A DNA stretch of 62,106 bases, filler included. It is 13 parts of 13 records of this genome, joined end to end, with 100 filler letters (N's around TTAATTAATTAA, not from the genome) between each part and the next. Parts side by side here need not be neighbours in the genome. Positions count along the whole stretch, not along the records: positions 41,931 to 45,842 come from SRR15195285_8971; positions 45,943 to 49,055 come from SRR15195285_8973; positions 49,156 to 53,336 come from SRR15195285_8976; 10 more parts are not named here. One strand, 5' to 3'. A program made the translations under genes and the position numbers. Below, piece by piece: positions 42,210 through 53,436 of the stretch. A model generated the notes under the pieces. The model was not told where the DNA came from, ran no database searches, and worked only from the letters and a program-made list of their open reading frames with translations. How positions within the stretch are numbered: the stretch's first letter is position 1; each line of letters opens with the position of its first letter.

Positions 42210-45200
42210 ATGCCGCAACGCAGGCCAAGCGCGCAGGAGATGGACGGAGCCGATGCTGCGAGCCGACCGGAGGGGCGGCATGCCCGGGAGCTGGCAGAGA
42301 CGCTGTCGGACGCGGAGTTTGCGCTGGACGAATTGGAGGCGCTCGATCCGATGGTTTCGAGGGCGCCGCCACCGGTGTCCGCTGCAGTGGCGGCCGAGGC
42401 CACGGGAGACTCGCACGGCTCGCCACCGCAGAGTCCGGAGGTGCGCAGCGACGGACGGACACAGCGCAGCTCACGCAGCCCACGCAGCCCACGCAGCCCA
42501 GCTTCTCCCCAGCGAAGGGCGTGGGAAGCGCCGGCTCCTGACGACACAATTGGAGGTGCGAGGTCGTGCAATGCAAGGGTACGCTCGTTGGAAGAGATGG
42601 ACGAGGCGGTACAGTTTTTGAGGCAGAAATTTCGCGCACGGTCTTACTCTCATGGCGGCCAGGACCCTTCGACCTTGTTCAGGTTCCTCGACCGCGATAA
42701 GAGTGGCAAGCTGGACCTAACGGAGTTTTGCCGCGCGGCCCGCACGATCGGACACATTCGCCCATCACAAATGTCCGACGCAGAGCTTCGTAATATGTTT
42801 GTCCACATCGACACAAACAAGCCGGAGACCCTTAGGGAAGCTGAAACCATGCTCCAGGATGCCAAGGCAGAACTAGCTGCCGTAAGAGACCACGACGTGC
42901 ACACTGCGGAGGAACTCTCTGAAGAATTGGCTCAGAAAAAACTGCGATTTAATCAATTGTATGAGACATGGGAGTCTGAGCAGGCGAATTCAGGCATAGA
43001 TATAGAGGAGCTGACAGCTTTTGTTTGGGGCGACGATTGGAGCCAGCGCAGGGACAGCTCAAAGGTGCGGACGCCAAACGTTGAGCAGCAGCGCGTGAGA
43101 CCCCCAACGAAGGTGGATCCAGAGGCGATTGACAAGCTGAGGAAAAAATTCCGGTCGGTCTCGTACACTTATCTCAAGGGTCAGGATGCGAAAAGGCTGT
43201 TTAAACGCTTTGCCCGAACCGACAGCGACTGGTTGACTCTGGCGGAGTTTCTCCAGGCGTCGCGGAAGGTGGGGCTATGGGAGATGTCGGACGTTGAGCT
43301 GGAACGCGTGTTCAAAGATATTGAAAATGGACAGACCGGTGATCATGGGGAACAACCCAGCATTAGCATTCAGCAGCTGACGACGTTCGTCTGGCCAGGT
43401 GAAGACGAGTCATCAGGCTCAAACGACGAGAAGAAAACCCCGGGCAAGCCCAGGAAAACCCCGCGCATCAACGACCAGGCAAAGTCCTTTTACGACAGAC
43501 AAATCGTGAAGCACGAAAAAACCATTCGTATGGAAGAACAAAAAGAGCAGGAGTTCAAAGCTGCCCACACCTTCAAACCAGATGTGAAGAAGCTCAATAG
43601 AAGCACACTTACTCCGCGTGGCGCGGCTGGTGTGGTTTTGGCGACTGCCCACGAAGGACCTGCGCAAACACCCCTGTACAAGGATGGTCACAACCATCAG
43701 AGCAAGGTCTTCGACAGATTGTACACTGTTTCTCCAGCAATTGAAAGGCACGAACGCCTGAAAAAGAATCAGGAGCATATGACTTTGGCAGAAGCGACCG
43801 AACACCGCAACAACCGGGGGCTCGTGCGGCACGGCGGCAAGCACACCGGTGAATTTCAGCCCATCCGTCACAACCCTGGTGGAGATCAGCCTGGTTTCAA
43901 GAACAGGCAAGCCAGGATGGAGCAGACTAGGATCTCAGCCCTCAAGAAGAAGCTGCGCGCACTGTCGTACACGGTCGATGGCCAGGATCCAAAGGAACTG
44001 TTCCGTCGGATCGATAGCGACCGGAGTGGTTCCGTGTCCCTGCATGAATTCAAAATGGCACTTATCAAAGGGGCCCATGCACACGAAATGTCGGACGACG
44101 AGCAAGAGCACCTATTCCAACTCCTCGACGCTGACGGGGGCGGCAGTCTTAGCGTTGAGGAGCTGACCGCCTTTGTATGGGGAGTCGAGAAGACGAGCTC
44201 AAAGAGCACCGAGCCAGATTCGCCTTATGAGCAGCTACTGCCGTCGCCAGCGAATCAAGTCTCACCGACCCCGCCCCGGGTGTATGGTCTGACAAGAGAC
44301 GATCCCGAAGCAGCTGGGCTGGTTCCGCACGCTCGTCACAAGGACCACGAGGAAAGAGCACCAACAGCAGAACGTTCGATCCGCTCACTCAAGCACGAGC
44401 TGCGAACGCGTGGGCTTGACAGTACCGGTACAAAAATCGAGCTGATGAGGCGCCTGGAGAAGCAGGGCAAGGCCAGTACAGGCAAAAAGCGTGGAGATTA
44501 CTTGAAACCAAAATTGGCGCCTGGCTCCATGCGGTCTGCAGTACGTTCCCTCATGCAAGGCTACATGCAAGGAGAGGTGTCAGCACAACAGCTTGCATCC
44601 CCTGCACATATCGCTAAACGTCGACAAGACGGTCTACAGACAATGTTACTTGAGCTAGACGTTGCCTGTGTGAACGTCGAGTCCGACGCTTCAAGCACTG
44701 CAGCAGTTCGAGTCGTACTGAAGAGTCTGTTTGAGTACGCAGAAGCAGCATTCCAAAGGGGTGAGCGGGAGCATGTCGAGATGCTCCTGCCAAAGCTCGA
44801 GGCTGTGGCTGAGATATTGGCTCGTGTAGAGAATCAAGAGTCGACTATCAGTGAAGGTGCAGGCTCAGGTGCAGAAGTAGATGCGGAGCCAGAGATTGAT
44901 CATGGCAGCGATGAGATACTAAAGGTCAAGCAGAAGATGCAAGCGATGTCGTACACTTCCAGTGGGCAAGATCGCGAGCAACTATTCAAGCATTTTGACA
45001 GGGACAATAGTGGCGGCTTAGGCTTCGACGAGTTTGTGCGTGCGATTCGGAAAGTTGGCCACATCACTGCCGTTCACATGGGCGAGGAGGAGATTGGTAC
45101 TCTTTTCAGGGCTGTGGATGTCAACAACAATGAAGAGATCGACGTGCAAGAGTTGGCGGACTTTGTGTTTGGCAAGATGGAGGAGGATGGCATGCCGGAG

Positions 45201-45842
45201 GATGGTGGTGGCAACACGACGACACAGGCGCAACCTCCAACCAAAGCCGAGCTGCGGCAGCTAGCGTTGGCGGTCAACAAGGCCAAGAGTGACCTTGAGC
45301 ATACTTTGTCCTCGCTGGAAGCAGCAGAGCTTCCGGAGATGCAGGAGACCTTAAGCGGGGTTGTTGCTGCGCACAAAAGGCTGTACCGCCAACTATACAC
45401 ACGTTGGGAAGAGGGGTCAGCGGCTGCTGCTGCAGCAGCAGCCGCGGCAACGGCGGCGGCAAAAACCAACGTGTCTATGCCGAGCACGCCTGAATCGGGA
45501 CGTGTCAATCGGGTCGCGCTTACCAGTGGTGGTTCAAGGATACCACGTCTCTCTCCGCACTCGGGCCTGAACACCCGCAGCCCTTCCATGCCAGAGCCAG
45601 AGCCGCAGCTGGACCTAGATCCAGAGGAAGTCGAGTCCCCTGAGCTTTCGTTGATGGCAGAACAGTTGCATCCAGACGACCGCGGCTTAACGGAGCAGCT
45701 AACCGATAGCATGGAAGATCAAGAGGAGTCGCTTGTCAGCCCTGCTGCTGTTCCAGTTGATGGGCGCCAGGACGCAGCCAAGACTGTCACCAACGTAGCA
45801 GATAGTCTCACTGGGTTGTGGAGCGTCACAGGCCTATGCGAC
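42210..45842 (+). CDS. Multi-EF-hand protein with four repeated modules and a SAP domain (possibly 3'-partial)
   Basis: EF loops DRDKSGKLDLTEF, DSDRSGSVSLHEF, DADGGGSLSVEEL, DRDNSGGLGFDEF, DVNNNEEIDVQEL; SAP-like SIRSLKHELRTRGLDSTGTKIELMRRL at ~44375-44460. Confidence 0.82.
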
Positions 45843-45942
45843 NNNNNNNNNNNNNNNNNNNNNNNNNNNNNNNNNNNNNNNNNNNNTTAATTAATTAANN
45901 NNNNNNNNNNNNNNNNNNNNNNNNNNNNNNNNNNNNNNNNNN

Positions 45943-48348
45943 CCGGAACCGGAGCCGGAGCCGGAGCCGGAGTCAATTGAGGATAGCATGTCAGCACTTC
46001 ACACTGAGCTGGAGGCTTTAAAACGCAAGGCACTTGAGAAACGAGCACGATCAGATGGCGTCAGCGAGGACCTTATCCAGGCAGCATTGGCACAAAAGAA
46101 GAGCGCGAAAGCTGACCTCATTGTCCATATCGTGACACTACATGAGAAAGCAGCCAGGAAAGCAGCACGCAAGAAGGCCAAGCAAGAGGCCAAGGCGGCA
46201 GCAGCAGCGGAGGAAGCGCGGTTGCAAGCAGAGAAACAGGCTGCATTCGCTGCGAAGCGCAAAGCCCAGGAGCAGGCAGAGCGAGCGCGACAGGAGCGTG
46301 AAGCAGCCGTAGAGGCGGCACGAATTGCCGCAGAAGAGGAGGCACGAAGGCTTGCGGAGGAGCAGGCGAAGGAGCGAGCACGGCTAGCAGCGGAAAAAGA
46401 GGCGAATCGTCGCGCCGCCCTGACTGGGCCTCGCGCCACGCTTGATGGGCTCATTGCAGCAACCGGTGCAGACAGATCTGAGCTATTGCAGCTGGACGAG
46501 ATCGATTTCAAGTGGTTGATCCAGACGCAACGTGAGGCGCTGTTAACAATCAGCGCTGCGGACGAACGACGTATCCAGTCAGACCTGCTGCTCTGCAGAG
46601 AGACAGAGGTGTGCGCTGAGGAAGCACGACAAGCTGCGCTGGACGCAGACGCCTGCCGTCAGCGACGCACGTACCGGCAGAAAGCCGACGGTCTGGACTT
46701 CGACCTGAAGATCCTCACAGGGGATACTGCACATTCCGAGAGATTGACAGAAAACTCAAAACCAGCGGATGCTGATGAGGCGAGTCGCCAGCGCGGACGT
46801 AAGGAGGAGGCACTGCGTGCGATGGAGCACGCTCATGCCAAGGCAATTGCCGCGACAGAAACCGACAACCCTCACCGTGACGATTACACGTCGCGATGGG
46901 GGGTGCTAGAAGGTAGTGGAGATGAGACACGCGCGTGGCTCATGGAAAAACACAAGAGAGAGAGGGAGAAATTGCTTGCTAGTTTTGCGGAGCACGTGGA
47001 GGCTACTTCTGTGGCCGACACTGCGGGGCTACGGATAACGTTGATGAAAATGTGCACTGCACGGTCGCTGTCTACATCAGGACAATTGAACGACCTACAA
47101 CAGCGGCTACGTGAGTGGCACTCAGCGCGCGAGGAGCCGATTGCTGATCGACCTGAAGATCAGAGCAAATGGAAGCTCAACGGGCGACGTGAAGACCTGC
47201 TGGGCTCGCTCGTAGCTATTGATGGACGCGCTGCTGCGGTTGAGACAGACTCTGGAGTCGGGGCCGCAGCTAGAACCAATCTGGTGGTTCGGATGTGGCT
47301 TGAGAGCCCAAAATTATTGCTCAGTGCGTACGTCGGAGCAATTGCACAGCATGATGTAGCAGGTGGGCGCATCCGCACCATGGCTGACCTCAAGAGTCTT
47401 GGAGAGCCTGAGGGCGAGGTGCATCTAGACCAGCTGATGTCGGTTGTAGGGATGAAGAAAGCTGAAGGGAAGCGCTTCCGTCGCCAGCTAATGCAGCTCA
47501 GAGCGTTCGACGAGAAGCTCGCGTCACTTGGACTTCCGCTGGGGAGCACTGAGGCTGAAGTGGAAACAATGCTAGAGCAACACAGGCAAGAGAAGGCGGC
47601 AGCTGAGGCGAGGGAGCTTGCCGAGGCAGATTCTGACGTGGCCTCAGTCTACCTGGAGAGGAAAATCGTTCAGGCTTGTCGCGCAGGTGATGTCGTTGCC
47701 GGTCTCAGCGCGCTCAAGGAGATGCTTGAGACTGGGGCGGCCGCCGCGCCAACCGAGGCAGCGATGTCTGCGCTGATCCTTGCCCTCTGCAATATTCCGA
47801 ACGCCAGAGGGCTGAAAAAAGCCTTCAAGCTGCTGCGGTATGCAGCAACCACTCCTGAGGTACCGGCCGAGTCTCTCCCGAACAGTGCGGCTATTGTCTG
47901 CTTCCTCAATACTATGTTGCAGGCAGATCCAGACGAGGGTGCGCTAGACGCAGTGCAGGAGCTGCTGGTGAGCATGCACGAGAAGGGCTGGTCTGGATTG
48001 ACGAAGGAGGTGAAGCAAGGAGTACGAGCCTTAAAGAAACAGCTCGCCGCTGCCACCATCACTCCTATTGCTGAAGAAGTGTCAGCTGTACCAAAGGTGC
48101 CAGATGAGGAGGAGACGAAGCCAAGCTCGGCCAACCCATCGCCACCTTCACCGCCGGCGCCGCCGGCTCCACCGCCGGCGCCGCCGGCTCCACCCGCTCC
48201 GCCGCCACCTGCACCGGTGCACCCAACGCCTTCAGCATCTCCACCAGCTGCTGCTTCTTCCAGTCTAGCACTGGTGGTAACACGATCATACGATGACCAG
48301 TCATCGTCCTCCTCATCGTTCGAGCAAGACTGGTCGGACTCGGACTGA
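45943..48348 (+). CDS. Uncharacterised coiled-coil protein with SAP-like and SAM-like segments, Pro-rich tract and acidic Trp tail (5'-partial)
   Basis: Frame is open from EPEP repeats at the contig edge; E/A/K/R-rich helix; LMKMCTARSLSTSGQLNDLQQRL; ends PPAPPAPPP...FEQDWSDSD. Confidence 0.7.
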   Translation, partial: PEPEPEPEPESIEDSMSALHTELEALKRKALEKRARSDGVSEDLIQAALAQKKSAKADLIVHIVTLHEKAARKAARKKAKQEAKAAAAAEEARLQAEKQAAFAAKRKAQEQAERARQEREAAVEAARIAAEEEARRLAEEQAKERARLAAEKEANRRAALTGPRATLDGLIAATGADRSELLQLDEIDFKWLIQTQREALLTISAADERRIQSDLLLCRETEVCAEEARQAALDADACRQRRTYRQKADGLDFDLKILTGDTAHSERLTENSKPADADEASRQRGRKEEALRAMEHAHAKAIAATETDNPHRDDYTSRWGVLEGSGDETRAWLMEKHKREREKLLASFAEHVEATSVADTAGLRITLMKMCTARSLSTSGQLNDLQQRLREWHSAREEPIADRPEDQSKWKLNGRREDLLGSLVAIDGRAAAVETDSGVGAAARTNLVVRMWLESPKLLLSAYVGAIAQHDVAGGRIRTMADLKSLGEPEGEVHLDQLMSVVGMKKAEGKRFRRQLMQLRAFDEKLASLGLPLGSTEAEVETMLEQHRQEKAAAEARELAEADSDVASVYLERKIVQACRAGDVVAGLSALKEMLETGAAAAPTEAAMSALILALCNIPNARGLKKAFKLLRYAATTPEVPAESLPNSAAIVCFLNTMLQADPDEGALDAVQELLVSMHEKGWSGLTKEVKQGVRALKKQLAAATITPIAEEVSAVPKVPDEEETKPSSANPSPPSPPAPPAPPPAPPAPPAPPPPAPVHPTPSASPPAAASSSLALVVTRSYDDQSSSSSSFEQDWSDSD

Positions 48349-48682
48349 TAAACGGGACTGGCGGCTCGTACCGGACTGTGTTAAAATCACCAGTGTAGTG
48401 CTTGTTAGCATACGTCGAAAGTGTTCAGGGCTTTGACCGATGGCCTGGAGTACACAGCTGGTGCCGAGGTGGTGACAAAAACCGGTGACGTGTTTTACGC
48501 GTAAATGCAGTTGCTCATCCACAGTGCTCCGATAATCAAAAAGCAAACTTTAGCCCACAACGCGTTGATACCGATCACTTGAGGCCTATGTACGCACAGC
48601 AATCACTGCTTGCTCTCAAGCAAAGCCATAACGCTACGCACGCTTCATCTTATGGCGCCGATGCGAAATCCAGGTACACCAA

Positions 48683-49055
48683 TCATGGGCGGGCCTGCTG
48701 TTGCATTGGACGTGGGGACCCCGCCTCAGACGGTGGGAGGCCCTCCTCAGCCTCTCTCAATCCAGAATTCTGTTGAGCGAGGGTTGAGATAGTGGCATTC
48801 TCGGGACGGCTATTAGTGTCTCCACTGCAGTAGGGACTCCGAATGAACGCAACTGCAACTGCCAAAACCAGGATGCCCGCAACAGACACAATCGCAACTA
48901 GTACCGTTGGAACATCTCCCACCTCGGCTGACAGTGTCGATGATATTCCAACGTCCGCGCTAGCAGCCGTGCTAATCGGTATCTTCGCGCAGCACGCGAT
49001 CCTATCACCCACGCCACATGTCTCACCAGCACACAGTGTCGAAGCAGCACTCGAG
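48683..49055 (-). CDS. 3' end of a probable type I membrane protein with Cys-rich ectodomain
   Basis: CAGETCGVGDRIACC, then TM segment VLVAIVSVAGILVLAVAVAFI and a short tail; truncated by the linker. Confidence 0.5.
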
Positions 49056-49155
49056 NNNNNNNNNNNNNNNNNNNNNNNNNNNNNNNNNNNNNNNNNNNNT
49101 TAATTAATTAANNNNNNNNNNNNNNNNNNNNNNNNNNNNNNNNNNNNNNNNNNNN

Positions 49156-51851
49156 GACGAGTTCGAGATTGCCACATCGGAGGCGCTTGCAAACGAGGTG
49201 GATGACACCAAGAAGGCGTGCCTGACCGAGGTGCAGACGGTGGCCGATAGCAACGCCATGCTAAAGCAAACGATCAATGTACTGACAGAGCAGATCAGCC
49301 TGGTCGAGCAAGCACTCAAGGAAGCGACGAGCTCGGCATCGACCCAGCTCAGGTCGAGTGTCGATGAGTTGAGTTCCCGAATTGATTTTATAGAGGTGCA
49401 ACAGCAGGCTGAGTCGCAGAGCGACTCATTCACCGGCGAGAGTGGCGGTGCTGATCAGTCCATGGTGGAAACTCGCAGCGATCCTGCCACCTCCGCGCCT
49501 GTTGAAGTATTGCAACTGAAGCGAGCTCAGACTGACTTGGCGAATTTGGTACAGGCTCAGACTGAGCGCGTCTCAGTAGTGGAGCAGCAGCTGGCGCAGC
49601 AGCTGAGCGACTTCACTGCTCATAGACAGAGCGAACAGGACTCTCGCGTGAAACAGAACGAGGTGTTTGAGGCTCTGGTCGAGATGAAAGCTGACAGCTT
49701 GAAGCAAGAGCTTCTGGGGGCCGCTTTGGAGCAACAAAGAGCGTCAGAGTCTCGGCTGGACGACACCCAGCGCAACTTGCAGGGGACAATGGACGAGCAG
49801 AACAAGCAGACCCGCATCCGTCTTCAGCAGCTTGAAGATGGTCTGGTTCAATCCAAGGAGAAGCGTCGAAAGGAGCTGCAGGAACAGGTCGAGCAACTCA
49901 GCGGCGAAATCGATGAAAAGGTATCAGCAGAGAGGAACCAGACTGTGGCGCGAGAGGCAAAAGCCGCAGAACTCGCCGACGAACGCTCCGCCGCAGTGAG
50001 GGGAGAAATAGAGCAGCTGAAGCAAGGTCAGGCCAAGCAATCCGAGGAGGCCGCGCAGGCGCAGGCTGCAGCCTCGGAGCGTCTGAAGGCATCAACCCTG
50101 GAATTTGCAGCAGTGCGCGAAGAAATGGTGCAGCTGGTACAGGACAAGCTGGGTGCACACAATGAGACCGTGCAGTCACAGCAAGCCGATCGGGAGGAGA
50201 ATCTCAAGGCGGAGCAGACGAAGATCTTCGAAGCCCTTCGCGAACGAGAGGAGGCGGCAGAGATGCTAGGAACGAAGACAGAGGAGCTAACTCGCCATGT
50301 AGCCGAGGCGCTCAGGCGTGCGGATGATTTTGACGAGTCGATTGCAGATCATGCGAAGACACTAGTCCAGGCTTTGGCGGAGAGCGATCAGCGAGTGTCG
50401 ACCCTGCAGGAACGGCTGCAAACTGTGGAGGACGCTCATGCTGCGGCGCAGGCGGCGCTGGAAAGTGCGGCGGTGAAAGATAAGGCAGAGGCAGAGGCAG
50501 AGGCAGCAGCTGCTGAAAGAGTTGCGCAGCTTGAACGAGATGTGTCTGCTTTGAAGGATGTGGTCCAGTCTGGTAATACGGCTGCTACAGCAGCGGCAGC
50601 AGCGGTGCAAGACAGCCTGTCAGAGGTCCAGACGCAGGTAGCGCGGGCGTCCGCAGCTGCCGAATCGGCACAGCAGACAAGCGGGGGCCATCAGACCAAG
50701 TTGGCTGAGATAACGGACACCCAGCAGACGCTGCTAGGAAAAGTGGATAAACAAGAAGAGATAGTGAGGTTATTGGCTACGAAGACCAAGGGAGTTGAGG
50801 ACCTTTCAGCGAAAAAGATTGACAGAATTGAGAAAGAGGTCGGCGAGGCAGTCCGTGCAATGGGAACCAAGGTGGATACGATGGAATCGCAGGTGGTAGA
50901 TTTCACTACGTGCGCACCACCTCTTACAGGCTGCATGCCCTTATCCCTCCTGTTGGCTCGGTTGGCATGCTCTGTATCGCGCACAACGTCTCGCCTGGAT
51001 TAATGCCGCCACCTTCACCGGCGCTTGCTGCTTGTGTATAGGTGGAAGCAAACATTCGAGGCCGAACAGACGGCTAGAAAAGAAGAGCAACAAGCTCGCG
51101 CCGAAGAACCTTTTCGAATGACTGTGTCGCAATGCATTATACGTAACCCAGCCCAAGGGAGGCAATTTGTGTGCTATCAGTTTGATGTCAGCCACGAGGG
51201 GCGTGCCCACTCGTTTTTTCAGCGATGGTGCGTCCGCACCAGCACTGACCGAAGCTGAGCTGAACACAGTGGTGTTGTGCTCGCTGACCATTTTCCGCTG
51301 GTACCAACGGTTTGCAGGTCAGCGATCCAGAAGTTCGTGACCGAAGCTCGCAAGGAGTTGCGCATCCCTCAGGAGATTGCATTTCCTGCCAAGTGGGCAA
51401 ACTCACTAAAACCTGAAGATCTGGAGAAGAGACGACAACAACTGGATACATTTTTCGGTATGTTGTTTGGTAAGTCCCACAGAAAACACAACGCACATCT
51501 TGCTTGAATAGACGACGCATCGACCTCTTATGCCATGCCATCGACTCACTCCCTGCTGGGCGTCGGGTGCGATGCATTGCAGGCTGGGGGCAGCGGAACC
51601 ACATCCCTCTACTGCGCGTACCATGTGTGCAGACATTCCTCTGCCAAGACGGTGACCTGCCAGCTCCGGAACGCAACGTCAGCATTCCGAGGTTGCTGCA
51701 GGAGCACTTGAAGACTGCTGACCTTCGTCCAGCATCTGCTCCCGCCGCACCAGAGACGCCACCAAGGAGCGGCGGAGGGGCGGATGGGCAGGAGACCGCA
51801 GCAAGAGCTGGTGGGAAGGTGTACTCATCCCCACCAGGTGCGGCCTCATAA
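49156..51851 (+). CDS. Long coiled-coil protein with C-terminal PX domain (5'-partial, spliced)
   Basis: About 580 aa of heptads, then exons FVCYQFDV...FFQRW|SAIQKF...FPAKWANSLKPEDLEKRRQQLDTFF, matching the PX consensus. Confidence 0.72.
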
Positions 51852-52560
51852 CTCTTCGCTTCGTGGTTCTGAGGCTGCATGGCTGCATGTACAGAACGTG
51901 AGGCAGTCTGGAAGAGAAGCTCGGTCGATCGTGGCACCCAGTCATAGTGTGAATGCCAGCCATTGATCTGCCCCGATCTATCGGGGTTTTGTCAAGATTC
52001 GTGTCACTGCGGCAGCCGACTGTGTTGCGCTCGTGTGAACGGAGACTTTCCCAGCCACGTTATTTTCCATTCACTGCATTCCTGCGTACGGTAGCTACAT
52101 CTCCTTCGGCTTCTGCTGTGTCTGTGTGTCTCTCTGTGTCTCTCTGTGTGAGCCGGTCAGGGCCACCTCACGGTGCCGTGGACTCAGTCAGGCCGCCACA
52201 GAGCGCGACGGCGACGGCGACACAGAGAGCCACGATGTTCACCAGGCGGTCCACGCGGATGCTCTGCTCTGACTCGGCGCTAACGACAGCTCGACGCGGA
52301 AGCTTGGGAGCAGCACTTCAGCAGAAGTTGAGCGCCGTACGATAAGAAGAGCATACACAAAAGTTCATTTCTTCGCCACCTCCGGAAACACACAGTGTCG
52401 CCTTGTGCGTACGCCTAGCCCCCCCGCCGAACCGCCTGGGGGTGTTGCTTTCAATGCACCACGTTGAAAGCGCCAAGCCTGTCGATCTACACAATACTAC
52501 AAGAGCGCCTGCACGACCACGTCTTCCCTATCTGCTATGTCACACTCGATCGTACGGTGT

Positions 52561-53021
52561 CTAGTTCAGGAAATGGTTGGTGAGTGCAGCCAGAGCGACG
52601 AAGAGCGCCGGTACTGCCTGCGAGGCGCCACCGCAGCCCATCTGCTCGGCACCGAGCTTGTAGCCGGGCTTGACCGCGTCCCAGCCGTCGGCACCGTCAC
52701 AGGCTTCATAGGCGGTGTCGATGAGGGCTTGGCAGCCGGCCGGACAGGCTTGTTTCGTGTCGCCCGACGGCTCTGTAGCGCAGAAGGCCGTTGTTGGATT
52801 TGGGCATGAGCAAGTAGCGGTGTATGTTTGCGCGGTGAATCCAACGGCAGCTGCGGCTGCCTGGCACTCGTCCGCCGAAGCGTTGCCGACTGCAATTTCG
52901 GCGAGGCGAGCAGAGCACAGTTGGTTGTGAGATACGCGTTGCAACGCAACAGCGTGCACTGCTGTGTCGCGAGCGCACCGAGGGCCGCCAGGGCAAAAGT
53001 CTTGGCGATAGTCTTCATCAT
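52561..53021 (-). CDS. Small Cys-rich secreted, probably GPI-anchored protein (two exons)
   Basis: Splicing at GTGCGC...TTGCAG gives the signal peptide MMKTIAKTFALAALVGNASA; 8 Cys in the mature part; C-terminal GGASQAVPALFVALAALTNHFLN resembles a GPI signal. Confidence 0.7.
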
Positions 53022-53436
53022 TGTGCAGTGTCTGCGCGACCAATCCGTGTGAGAACTCTGCGTTGTGTTGTACAACGGCGTACGCGTAGGATGTGGTGGG
53101 TCGGATGGCATTCATGAATGTAGGCACGCAGGGGCGTGCCACATGTCGTAAGGTGCGATGCGCCGCGGGTGTGGATTGTGGACCCCGCTGTGCGCAGCAG
53201 CTGGTGGCGCCTTACAAGCGTGAAGAGCGTCGGCCGTGCAGGCCACAGCACAGGAGCAGAGGCGCAAGGCGGAAAGGCGGGGGGCGAAGAGAGACAGGTT
53301 GACAGGGAGCACGGTATCTGAGAGAGTTTGCACACCNNNNNNNNNNNNNNNNNNNNNNNNNNNNNNNNNNNNNNNNNNNNTTAATTAATTAANNNNNNNN
53401 NNNNNNNNNNNNNNNNNNNNNNNNNNNNNNNNNNNN

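Noticed and set aside
48980-49030. GDRIACC as a Cu/Zn superoxide dismutase C-terminal motif
   Set aside because: Context is a C-x4-C-x7-CC Cys-rich segment followed by a TM helix; no SOD His ligands are visible.
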